Virus record (IMG/VR): IMGVR_UViG_3300032038_000007 | Coordinates: 32,001 to 96,000 of that record | DNA from: a virus | Lineage: Duplodnaviria; Caudoviricetes | Strand: one strand, 5' to 3' | Length of the DNA: 64,000 nucleotides | In this document: one piece after another, positions 25,370 through 32,822 of the stretch | Layout: each line of letters begins with the position of its first letter | Numbering within the stretch: the first letter of the stretch is position 1 | Notes under the pieces: model-generated | What the model was told of the DNA's origin: nothing | Database searches by the model: none | The model's input: the letters and a program-made list of their open reading frames with translations, nothing else | Position numbers and translations under genes: made by a program

Positions 25370-25732
25370 ATGCTTCACGAATACAGCATGAAATCCCAGA
25401 AGCGCCGCAAGCATCAGAGGTGGCTCAATAGGCTTTGCCGCAGAGTAAACCGAGTAATTGAAAATGATAGTCTGTGGCAGGGACGTTTCGTGGTTGGACA
25501 GGTCTCAACACAGATGGAATGGTTTGAAGATGGCGGCGGTCTGATGTATTGCAAGCTTGTCTTTGTCGATAAAAAGACTGGTCGCCGCAGTTACTGGGAC
25601 ACGAGTTGCCTTGATGCTGAATTTCATATGTGGGAACGTATGAACGACTTTATTGTAAAAGATTGCGCCGTTTGGGAGAATGAGCATCCTCTTCAGGAAA
25701 GGAAGGATTATAGAAATGTTAGTGCATTTTAA
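25370..25732 (+). CDS. Hypothetical protein
   Basis: Downstream of promoter 25315; RBS present. Confidence 0.7.
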   Translation: MLHEYSMKSQKRRKHQRWLNRLCRRVNRVIENDSLWQGRFVVGQVSTQMEWFEDGGGLMYCKLVFVDKKTGRRSYWDTSCLDAEFHMWERMNDFIVKDCAVWENEHPLQERKDYRNVSAF

Positions 25733-25925
25733 GGTAGATTTTTTTGACACTATTGACAATAAGATGGCCAAGGATAGTGGTATTCTTGCTGGCGCGGATT
25801 GGAACGAAGTTATGGACATGATTGAAACTTACTATGGTAAGGATGATGTGTCTGGTGTGTACGTCTGCCCGCTCGAGGATGTTCTTACTGCCGATGACAT
25901 TCGTGAAATGTTTAAGGAAGATTAA
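25716..25925 (+). CDS. Hypothetical acidic protein
   Basis: Likely start MLVHFKV after AAGGA; ends TAA. Confidence 0.65.
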   Translation: MLVHFKVDFFDTIDNKMAKDSGILAGADWNEVMDMIETYYGKDDVSGVYVCPLEDVLTADDIREMFKED

Positions 25926-25989
25926 AATTTGACTTTTAATAAAAAACCAGCTATAATATATACAGAACGAAAGGAAAGGAGCTAATAGG

Positions 25990-26232
25990 ATGGATGAGTT
26001 AGAATATATGACACCCGATGTGATTGCTTCTTGCTGCCCGCTTGAAAAACGTTCTGCCATCTATGATTGCTGGGAAGATTCAGATGGGGTGTGGGTAATG
26101 CTTGAGGAGGATTGGTTTACTGCCGATGGCACCCACACCATTTCTCTTGATGGCGCCGACCAAGGTTGTTCTATCGTGACGCGTATTGGGATGCTTAATC
26201 AAGAATTTGCCGCAATGACGAAAGGAAAGTAA
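25990..26232 (+). CDS. Hypothetical protein
   Basis: Downstream of promoter 25929; RBS AAGGAG. Confidence 0.7.
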   Translation: MDELEYMTPDVIASCCPLEKRSAIYDCWEDSDGVWVMLEEDWFTADGTHTISLDGADQGCSIVTRIGMLNQEFAAMTKGK

Positions 26233-26233
26233 T

Positions 26234-26527
26234 ATGAAGATTGAAATTATGAACCATCTTGACCAGTTTGTCGAATATGAGGTTGGCGATCTACGAGATA
26301 TTCGCTGTATTGAACTGCATATCAATGGCGGCGACGAAGTACTTTATGTGTATTATCACTCTGGTGAAACTGCGAGTTTCGATAGCGGCAACCCGGCTGA
26401 TATGGAAAGTTGCTATGAGGGCGAATATATTATTTATAAGCCCGCGGTTGGAATCAATCTGCTGAATGATACAAAGTGGCTGTCTCGTGTAGACCCCTAT
26501 GATTATCTGTATGAAGAGGTGGAATAA
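26234..26527 (+). CDS. Hypothetical acidic protein
   Basis: Tightly coupled ORF. Confidence 0.7.
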   Translation: MKIEIMNHLDQFVEYEVGDLRDIRCIELHINGGDEVLYVYYHSGETASFDSGNPADMESCYEGEYIIYKPAVGINLLNDTKWLSRVDPYDYLYEEVE

Positions 26528-26528
26528 A

Positions 26529-26705
26529 ATGATGAAGCGTTCGTTTGGTTTTTGTCTACTGTCTATTTGCTGGCTAGGTCTGGGTATTGCTAGTATTATG
26601 GGTATGCCCGCTAATTATCAGGTGTTGTTTGCGGTAGCTAGTCTTGCACTAACAGTTGGATGCGGCGTTCGTGCGGCTGAACTTTGGCATTCTGCCAATA
26701 AGTGA
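26529..26705 (+). CDS. Small two-TM membrane protein
   Basis: Two hydrophobic stretches; start MMKRSF after GAGGTGG. Confidence 0.6.
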   Translation: MMKRSFGFCLLSICWLGLGIASIMGMPANYQVLFAVASLALTVGCGVRAAELWHSANK

Positions 26706-26717
26706 AAGGAGAATAAG

Positions 26718-26921
26718 ATGCCTACTTCTAATGAATCGGTAAAAAATACTTTTAATTTTGAGTTTTATCCTGACTCTGAGCACGAACATTGTGTGCGGCT
26801 AAGTTTTGATATGGAACCAGACCTACATATCTCTGAAGTTCATCGTATGTGCCGAGCTTTTGCGGTTGCACTTGGCTATTCAATTAAATCGGTGGATGAA
26901 TATTTTGGCGAGGAAAAATAA
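26718..26921 (+). CDS. Hypothetical protein
   Basis: RBS AAGGAG. Confidence 0.7.
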   Translation: MPTSNESVKNTFNFEFYPDSEHEHCVRLSFDMEPDLHISEVHRMCRAFAVALGYSIKSVDEYFGEEK

Positions 26922-27245
26922 ATGTTTGAAGGAAAAGAAAACCAAATTACAGCTGAACACCTGAAAAACGGTGAGGTCTGTAAAATTATTGGATATGGCT
27001 AGTCAATGACGCCTATCCTTAAATCAAGACAGCCTGTAATTGCCGCGCCAATAACGCCAGACACAATGTTAGAAAAAAATGACATTGTCTTCTGCAAGGT
27101 TAATGGGCATTATTATTTGCATAAAATTTCCGCGATAAAGAAGGATTCATATCAAATCTCAAATAATCACGGGCACGTAAATGGAACTATCTCTCGCAAC
27201 CAAATTTTTGGTAAAGTGATAGAAATCCTACAAGAAAAAATTTGA
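26922..27245 (+). CDS. S24/S26 peptidase-like protein (TAG=Gln)
   Basis: Readthrough gives G(Q)SMTP (Ser nucleophile motif), followed by DIVFCK…YLHKI. Confidence 0.65.
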
Positions 27246-27299
27246 CTTTAATTAAAATTTCTAGTATAATATACTTACAAACGGTGAAGAGCCGTGCTT

Positions 27300-27370
27300 G
27301 CGCGATTAGTGTAATGGTAACACTAGACCCTTCCAAGGTTTCATTGACGGTTCGAGTCCGTTATCGCGCT
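27300..27370 (+). tRNA. tRNA-Gly(UCC)
   Basis: Acceptor GCGCGAT/ATCGCGC; loop CTTCCAA; U73. Confidence 0.88.
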
Positions 27371-27375
27371 CTTAT

Positions 27376-27446
27376 GGGGATTTCGCTAATCGGAATAGCT
27401 CGCGGCTGTTAACCGCGCCAGAAAGGTTCAACTCCTTTAATCCCCG
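27376..27446 (+). tRNA. tRNA-Asn(GUU)
   Basis: Anticodon arm CGCGG-CTGTTAA-CCGCG; acceptor GGGGATT/AATCCCC. Confidence 0.85.
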
Positions 27447-27450
27447 CTAT

Positions 27451-27527
27451 GGCGTATTAGCTCAGAAGAGTAGAGCACCAGCCTGTCACGCTGGGGGTCA
27501 CGAGTTCAAGTCTCGTATACGTCGCCA
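27451..27527 (+). tRNA. tRNA-Asp(GUC)
   Basis: Anticodon arm CCAGC-CTGTCAC-GCTGG; encoded CCA. Confidence 0.92.
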
Positions 27528-27732
27528 CTATCCAAGACAGTGAGGATGTAAAACTACGCTGCGGCTTCTCGCCCGAAGACAGTGGAAGGGCGTGCGCTAC
27601 ACTTCGGAAATGGGAAGTGGGGATAAGTAAAGACCAGACCTGATGCTTTATGGCGGCTGCCACGTAGGATATTGGATGCCTACATTAAGTGGAATAAGGT
27701 AAGTCCGTTCATGGGGCTATATGGAACAATGA

Positions 27733-27807
27733 TGCGGTGAGGACAAACGGTAAGTCATCTGGCTCATACCCAGAGAATAGTGGGTTCAACTCCCGCCGCC
27801 GCAACCA
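27733..27807 (+). tRNA. tRNA-Met(CAU)
   Basis: Anticodon arm TCTGG-CTCATAC-CCAGA; encoded ACCA. Initiator versus elongator identity not resolved. Confidence 0.85.
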
Positions 27808-28156
27808 ATCGCGCAAACTGTATGGTTTCGAGTGCATATACCAGATTGCTCGGCGCGTTATAAAAGAAGAGCAAAGTAAGCACACGGGATGGAAGGAAAC
27901 GAGTCACGTCCTTACCGGCCCTGAGTAGTTACAACGAAACGGGCGGGAGAAGCAGAAATAGTAACTGCACCCACATTACTTGGATTGTGGCTGAGCGCTA
28001 TATAGCTCGCCTAGTATGGGATGGAGGTTGGGGATGTTCCCCACCTCGGAACATAAAAGTAATGCTGTTCCAGTATGCAGTATTACTTAAAGTTCATAAG
28101 GGTTGCGTGTGAACCTCAAACTGGATAGGCCAAAAGCCGAAAGAAAACACGCATAT

Positions 28157-28232
28157 GGGAGCATAGCTCAGTTGGGAGAGCACTTGCCTTACAAGCAAGG
28201 GGTCATAGGTTCGAGCCCTGTTGTTCCCACCA
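28157..28232 (+). tRNA. tRNA-Val(UAC)
   Basis: Anticodon arm CTTGC-CTTACAA-GCAAG; encoded ACCA. Confidence 0.93.
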
Positions 28233-28533
28233 TTCAACCGCATAAAGCCTGAATTGACAGGATATGACCGGCTGGTTGAGGTCCAGCGGCGGGAGGTTCC
28301 TCGCGTCTCGTGAGCGACGACGGCAGCGGTGAGGTTAGTCTGTACCGACAAGCGTTGTAAAAACAGACAAGTGTGCGGAAAAGATGGATTCTCACTAAAC
28401 TACCACCGGCGCGAAAGCCGCAGCAGAGATAACTCTGCAATATGAGTATTCTTAGGCGGCTCAGTAGCGATATGTGGCTTTGTCATTTAGCAGCACACTA
28501 TAATAAAAAGACAACGAAAGTAAGTGAAAATAC

Positions 28534-28880
28534 GCGGGTATGGTGGAATAGGCAGACACCACAGACTTTTGTAAAACAAAGAGCACTAGAATAGGAAACT
28601 TTCTGAGTGAATGCTGGCTAATTCGGTGAAAGTCCTTATGGGATAACGCCGAGCTAAATAATTGGTTTGCTAGACAGATAAATGTAAGCAATTAAATGAG
28701 TGTACAAGAGTCTCCTCAGCCAATTTAAATGTGTAGAGACTATATACCAGCCACCTAAGTCGTAAGATAAGGTGAAGACATAGTCCAGACTACAACGCGA
28801 AAGCGGCCATAGTAATATGGAGTAGTAAGAAAATCTGTTGCTCTCTGAGCGTGCCGGTTCAAGTCCGGCTACCCGCACCA
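28534..28880 (+). tRNA. tRNA-Leu(UAA), intron-split (exons 28534-28568 and 28830-28880)
   Basis: Joined exons give ACAGA-CTTAAAA-TCTGT, a long variable arm, GCCGG-TTCAAGT-CCGGC and TACCCGC-ACCA. Confidence 0.9.
28569..28829 (+). ncRNA. Group I self-splicing intron in the tRNA-Leu(UAA) anticodon
   Basis: Inserted after U34 and ends in G. P1 CTT/GAG with a U.G pair at the splice site. P/Q/R/S-like elements AATTCGGTGAAA, AACGCCGAGC, GTGTAGAGACTATA and AAGACATAGTCC (P7 GACTAT/ATAGTC). Confidence 0.88.
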
Positions 28881-29158
28881 TTTAAAGTAATAGGAGTCTT
28901 GAGACGGCTATTAGACTTAATACTCGGTCGTACTACGCGCGCTAGTAAAAACAAATCCTATTGCCATCACGCATCTGCAAATGCGTGTGAGTCTGTTGCA
29001 GCGGACAAAAGCGAAGCGACGAATGAACTGGTACTCTCCCAGTCCCAAGGGAATATGTCGCCGGACACCTCGCCCGTTGAGGAGGGAAATGTGAGGAACG
29101 TCACTAAACTCACTACCAGAACGTAAGGGCATACGGAATGGTAAATGTGACTTTATAA

Positions 29159-29235
29159 GCCTCTCTATCCCAATTGGCAGAGGAGATTGACTCAAAATCA
29201 ATACAGTCTCGGTTCAAATCCGAGGAGAGGTACCA
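29159..29235 (+). tRNA. tRNA-Leu(CAA), short variable arm
   Basis: Anticodon arm ATTGA-CTCAAAA-TCAAT; encoded ACCA. Confidence 0.85.
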
Positions 29236-29311
29236 ATGGCATTTAGAACAAAAGAGGTTAGCCGTGCACAAAACCCATATGTCGTAGCGCTGACGTTAAG
29301 GCGCACCATAT

Positions 29312-29399
29312 GCAGATGTGGCTGAGTGGTCGAAAGCAGCGGTTTGCTAAACCGTCGTACTTAATAGTACCGAAGGTTCAAATCCTTCCGTCTGCGCCA
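29312..29399 (+). tRNA. tRNA-Ser(GCU)
   Basis: Anticodon arm GCGGT-TTGCTAA-ACCGT; long variable arm; ends GCCA. Confidence 0.9.
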
Positions 29400-29434
29400 A
29401 CAACTCTTGCCGTGTATATAATCTATAAGAAAAG

Positions 29435-29986
29435 GTGAAAATAAATATGAATGAACCAAGACTAAAGATTCTTCCCCCGTGGACTATTCTAGTAAGAAAG
29501 CTAGAAGCGCTATTTGATGGCGACCCTCAGATTGCTTTTAATGTTGACTTTAGTGGTGAGCATCCTGCTGTTGTTCTTGCTTGTAACAATGGAGATAAGA
29601 TTGCGGCCCTAAGCCAGATTCTACCAGATGAAGTGAACTTTGGAAATGTAACACTAAAGATTCTGATTGATGGCGAACCAAGCAACCGTGCCTTTACTAG
29701 TAAGGTTGAACTATTTGATACTGCTTTTGCTAAGAATCCTGCTTATGCTTATTCTGTTTGCCCCGCAGAAGAGGGATACCAGTGGATTGGTACTACTTAT
29801 GTTGTCTTTAATAATTGCGTAGTGCAGTTCGCGGCTGATAATCTAAATGATTGCCACGGTGTTATTAGTACCCTATATGAGACCATTGCTGATGAGCTTC
29901 TAACTGGCCCCGCTACTGAGGGTGTATTCTTTAACACTAATGTTGAGCGCGCGAACCTTGGTCATCCTCTAGGCGAGTGGCCGTAA
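29435..29986 (+). CDS. Hypothetical protein within the tRNA array
   Basis: 183-aa ORF; no TAG; Leu codons are CTA-rich. The true start may be a few codons downstream. Confidence 0.8.
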   Translation: MKINMNEPRLKILPPWTILVRKLEALFDGDPQIAFNVDFSGEHPAVVLACNNGDKIAALSQILPDEVNFGNVTLKILIDGEPSNRAFTSKVELFDTAFAKNPAYAYSVCPAEEGYQWIGTTYVVFNNCVVQFAADNLNDCHGVISTLYETIADELLTGPATEGVFFNTNVERANLGHPLGEWP

Positions 29987-30051
29987 TAAATTTGACTTAT
30001 AACAAAAATTTTGTTATAATATAACTACAGAGCGGAAAACCGCTCTCTTGA

Positions 30052-30125
30052 TGTCTCGTAGCTCAATTGGTGAGAGCAATCGCCTTATAAGCGATAGGTT
30101 CTGGGTTCAAGTCCCAGCGGGACAA
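30052..30125 (+). tRNA. tRNA-Ile(UAU)
   Basis: Anticodon arm ATCGC-CTTATAA-GCGAT; acceptor TGTCTCG/CGGGACA; A73. Confidence 0.88.
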
Positions 30126-30313
30126 CTGTGCCACGCACGCTTAGACTCACCCGTGTACGCGGACCAAGCGTGGACTTACAAAAACGGAAAATCGTCGCCG
30201 TTTACAAGGACGCGACGGTCGAAGTGATTATCGACTCGATACGACCTGACTTTCGTAGGGCCAAACGGGATGCCGAAAAGAAAGCCTAATCAGCGAGTAT
30301 TTTCGGCTATTGA

Positions 30314-30386
30314 TGGGGTATAGCCAAGTTGGCAAGGCAACGGACTTTGACTCCGTCATTCGCAGGTTCAAGTCCTGCTGCCCCAG
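30314..30386 (+). tRNA. tRNA-Gln(UUG)
   Basis: Acceptor TGGGGTA/TGCCCCA; anticodon arm ACGGA-CTTTGAC-TCCGT. Confidence 0.92.
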
Positions 30387-30395
30387 CATTTATAT

Positions 30396-30469
30396 GGTGG
30401 GTATAGCTCAATTGGTAGAGCGTCAGATTGTGGCTCTGAATGTCGTGGGTTCGACTCCCGCTACTCACC
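30396..30469 (+). tRNA. tRNA-His(GUG)
   Basis: G-1 present; anticodon arm TCAGA-TTGTGGC-TCTGA; C73. Confidence 0.92.
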
Positions 30470-30472
30470 CAC

Positions 30473-30537
30473 GCCGGGTCTGGGAGAGCCGCGGTTTTAT
30501 AAACCGCAGGTTGTCGGTTCAAATCTGACACCCGGTT
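30473..30537 (+). tRNA. D-armless tRNA-like gene with anticodon UAU
   Basis: Acceptor GCCGGGT/ACCCGGT; anticodon arm GCGGT-TTTATAA-ACCGC; T arm GTCGG-TTCAAAT-CTGAC; only 11 nt in place of the D arm. Confidence 0.65.
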
Positions 30538-30558
30538 CTTAATAAAGGAGGAATGACT

Positions 30559-30699
30559 ATGTATCCTGAAAATACTCCCCGTTATGACAATTACGAATAT
30601 TATGATGATGAAGGACGCCCTGTTCACATTAAATACACTCCTCGCTATGATGACTACGACCGCGATGAGCGAGATGACGAGGATGATGACAACGATTAA
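30559..30699 (+). CDS. 46-aa highly acidic peptide
   Basis: RBS AAAGGAGG; MYPENTPRYDNYEYYDDEGRPVHIKYTPRYDDYDRDERDDEDDDND. Confidence 0.7.
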   Translation: MYPENTPRYDNYEYYDDEGRPVHIKYTPRYDDYDRDERDDEDDDND

Positions 30700-30758
30700 A
30701 AACTTGACTTAAATTAAAAAATCATTTATAATTATAAATGAAAGAGAGGGAAAAGAAA

Positions 30759-31037
30759 ATGGATTGGATGCACGGTATTGAGATTAGTGATTGGCAGCGT
30801 TTCATTGCTCTGCGCAAGGCGTTTTCTCTGACACACAAGGACATCACTCCTTGTAGTGGCGATATGCTCATTGACCTATACATCCCGCACGACGATTCTG
30901 AAGCCCCTAGTTGGGGTATTCGTGCCTGTATGGATGACAGTATCACTGATTTCCGTGTTTATGGTAAAACGTTTCACGAAGCACTGCGTAAAGCGGAGGA
31001 AGGCATTTATGAGTGGATTGCTGAACATCAAGAATAA
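30759..31037 (+). CDS. Hypothetical protein
   Basis: Downstream of promoter 30704; likely start MDWMHG. Confidence 0.65.
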   Translation: MDWMHGIEISDWQRFIALRKAFSLTHKDITPCSGDMLIDLYIPHDDSEAPSWGIRACMDDSITDFRVYGKTFHEALRKAEEGIYEWIAEHQE

Positions 31038-31215
31038 GTTGGCGCCCTGCTTTCGTTGCGGCGAACCCTATCCAGAAATTTTCAAAATTGGTCATCGTTG
31101 GCAAATTCGTTGTCTTTGTTGCGGCACACGTACTGTAGAGTCGTTATTTCTACGACGGGCGGCCGCAATCTGGAATCGTAATACTGATTTAAGCGGTAAT
31201 GAAATGATTATGTAA

Positions 31216-31288
31216 CTGGGTGTAGCGCAGTTGGTAGCGCGGGTGCCTTGGGAGCATCAGGTCGTGCGTTCAAGTCGCACCACTCAGA
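31216..31288 (+). tRNA. tRNA-Pro(UGG)
   Basis: Acceptor CTGGGTG/CACTCAG; anticodon arm GGTGC-CTTGGGA-GCATC. Confidence 0.9.
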
Positions 31289-31304
31289 CGAAAGGAGAAT
31301 GAAA

Positions 31305-32819
31305 ATGGACAATACCTTCACTAGTGCGGCTCGTCGTACCGCAACTTATACTACAACTGAAAATGGTCATCTTGCGGCTAGCACCACTGGTGAAGCGATT
31401 CTTGACCTATATGGCGTTGTTGGTGCTCTGCGTGATGCCGATGAGCAGCGTATTACATCGTTGTTTGAAGCCGCGGTTGCTGACAATAAGCTTCTAACGG
31501 CAAAAACTATGTTCTATGCGCGTGATATTCGCGGCGGAGTTGGCGAACGTGATTTGTTCCGTACTATGCTTCACTACGCCGCAATCCATCATCCCGAAAT
31601 GGTTAAGCCCAATCTTAAACTAATTCCTGAGTTTGGCCGCTGGGATGATATGTACGCGCTAGTTGGCACCACACTGGAAAAACCGGCGTTTAATATTATG
31701 TACGAGCAGTTTGTAACAGATTTTAAGGATATGCGTAATAATAAGCCTATTAGCCTGCTAGCAAAGTGGCTAAAAAGTGTAAACGCATCTTCTACTGAAA
31801 CTCGCTATCTTGGCCGCCGGACAGCACTGCTTTTTGGACTTACTGAGCCTCTTTATCGTAAGAAGCTAAGTGAAATGCGCGCTTACCTCAAAGTGCTAGA
31901 AACACAGATGTCTAGCAATCAGTGGTCTAACGTTGAGTATGATAAGGTGCCTAGTCGCGCTGGTCTTATGTACAGAGAAGCTTTCCTGCGTCACGATGAG
32001 AAGCGCTATCAAAACTTCATCAACTCTGTAATTCAAGAGTCGGCTAAAATCAATACTGCGGTCAATACGCCGCAGGATTTGGTTCACCTGTATATGCCGA
32101 GGTTCCTTACAGGTGGCATCGTTGATGAAGACCCCACGGTTGAAGCTATGTGGAAGAACCTACCCGATTTCGTCGATGATGATGAGAATATTCTCTGCCT
32201 TGTGGACGTTAGCGGCTCTATGTACGGTCGTCCTATTGAAGTTTCTACTGGTCTTGGTATCTACTTTGCTCAGAAGAATCGCGGTGCTTTCCACAACCTA
32301 ATGCTAACGTTTACTTCAACGCCTAATTTCGTCGCTCTGAAAGATGGTATGTCGTTGCGCGAGATGCTACGCACCACTCTAAATATGGATTGGGGCGGTT
32401 CAACCAACCTAAACCTCGCTTGCGAAGAGATTCTAAAATTTGCTAAGCGTAATCACGTTCCTAATAGCGATATGCCTCGGCGCCTGCTCATTATCTCCGA
32501 TATGGAGATTGATGAAGCCGCAGGATACTACTATACTAGCAGGATAAATCGCACTGAACTCCTTCACGCGGATGAACTTCAGGCGATGTATAAAGCCGCT
32601 GGCTATATGATGCCGCAAGTCATTTATTGGAATGTGAATTCTCACGATAATCGGTTCCAGACGCGCTCTGATGTCCCGGGAACTATGCTTGCATCTGGTA
32701 GTTCTCCCGCTATCTTTAAGGCTATTATGGAGCTTAAAGACCTCGAGATTACGCCGATGGATGCAATGAAGAGTGTTCTAAACGGTGACCGCTATAAGGC
32801 GATCACTGTAGAAGAATAA
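31305..32819 (+). CDS. DUF2828-family protein (TROVE/Ro60-like helical domain plus vWA domain)
   Basis: Motifs TTTENG, FYARDIRGGVGER, IPEFGRWDDM, LLAKWL, YDKVPSRA, MIDAS DVSGSM, WGGSTN, ISDME and IYWNV. RBS AAGGAG after tRNA-Pro; the ORF-track start lies inside the tRNA. Confidence 0.8.
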   Translation: MDNTFTSAARRTATYTTTENGHLAASTTGEAILDLYGVVGALRDADEQRITSLFEAAVADNKLLTAKTMFYARDIRGGVGERDLFRTMLHYAAIHHPEMVKPNLKLIPEFGRWDDMYALVGTTLEKPAFNIMYEQFVTDFKDMRNNKPISLLAKWLKSVNASSTETRYLGRRTALLFGLTEPLYRKKLSEMRAYLKVLETQMSSNQWSNVEYDKVPSRAGLMYREAFLRHDEKRYQNFINSVIQESAKINTAVNTPQDLVHLYMPRFLTGGIVDEDPTVEAMWKNLPDFVDDDENILCLVDVSGSMYGRPIEVSTGLGIYFAQKNRGAFHNLMLTFTSTPNFVALKDGMSLREMLRTTLNMDWGGSTNLNLACEEILKFAKRNHVPNSDMPRRLLIISDMEIDEAAGYYYTSRINRTELLHADELQAMYKAAGYMMPQVIYWNVNSHDNRFQTRSDVPGTMLASGSSPAIFKAIMELKDLEITPMDAMKSVLNGDRYKAITVEE

Positions 32820-32822
32820 CGT

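Noticed and set aside
27918-27944. Canonical hammerhead ribozyme
   Set aside because: The core reads CUGAGUA rather than CUGAnGA, and I could not place stem III or the NUH cleavage site. Kept only as part of an ncRNA candidate.
29236-29311. Additional tRNA ending in ACCA
   Set aside because: No T-loop or anticodon arm can be folded.
24545-30313. tmRNA, RNase P or SRP RNA in the tRNA spacers
   Set aside because: I did not find the hallmark motifs (tmRNA tRNA-like ends, GAGGAAAGUCC, SRP helix 8); a cmscan is needed to exclude divergent forms.
27457-30627. ORF-track ORFs overlapping tRNAs (27457, 27737, 28094, 28234, 28461, 28654, 28851, 28917, 30307, 30310)
   Set aside because: They overlap clear tRNA or intron structures and lack RBSs, so they are spurious.
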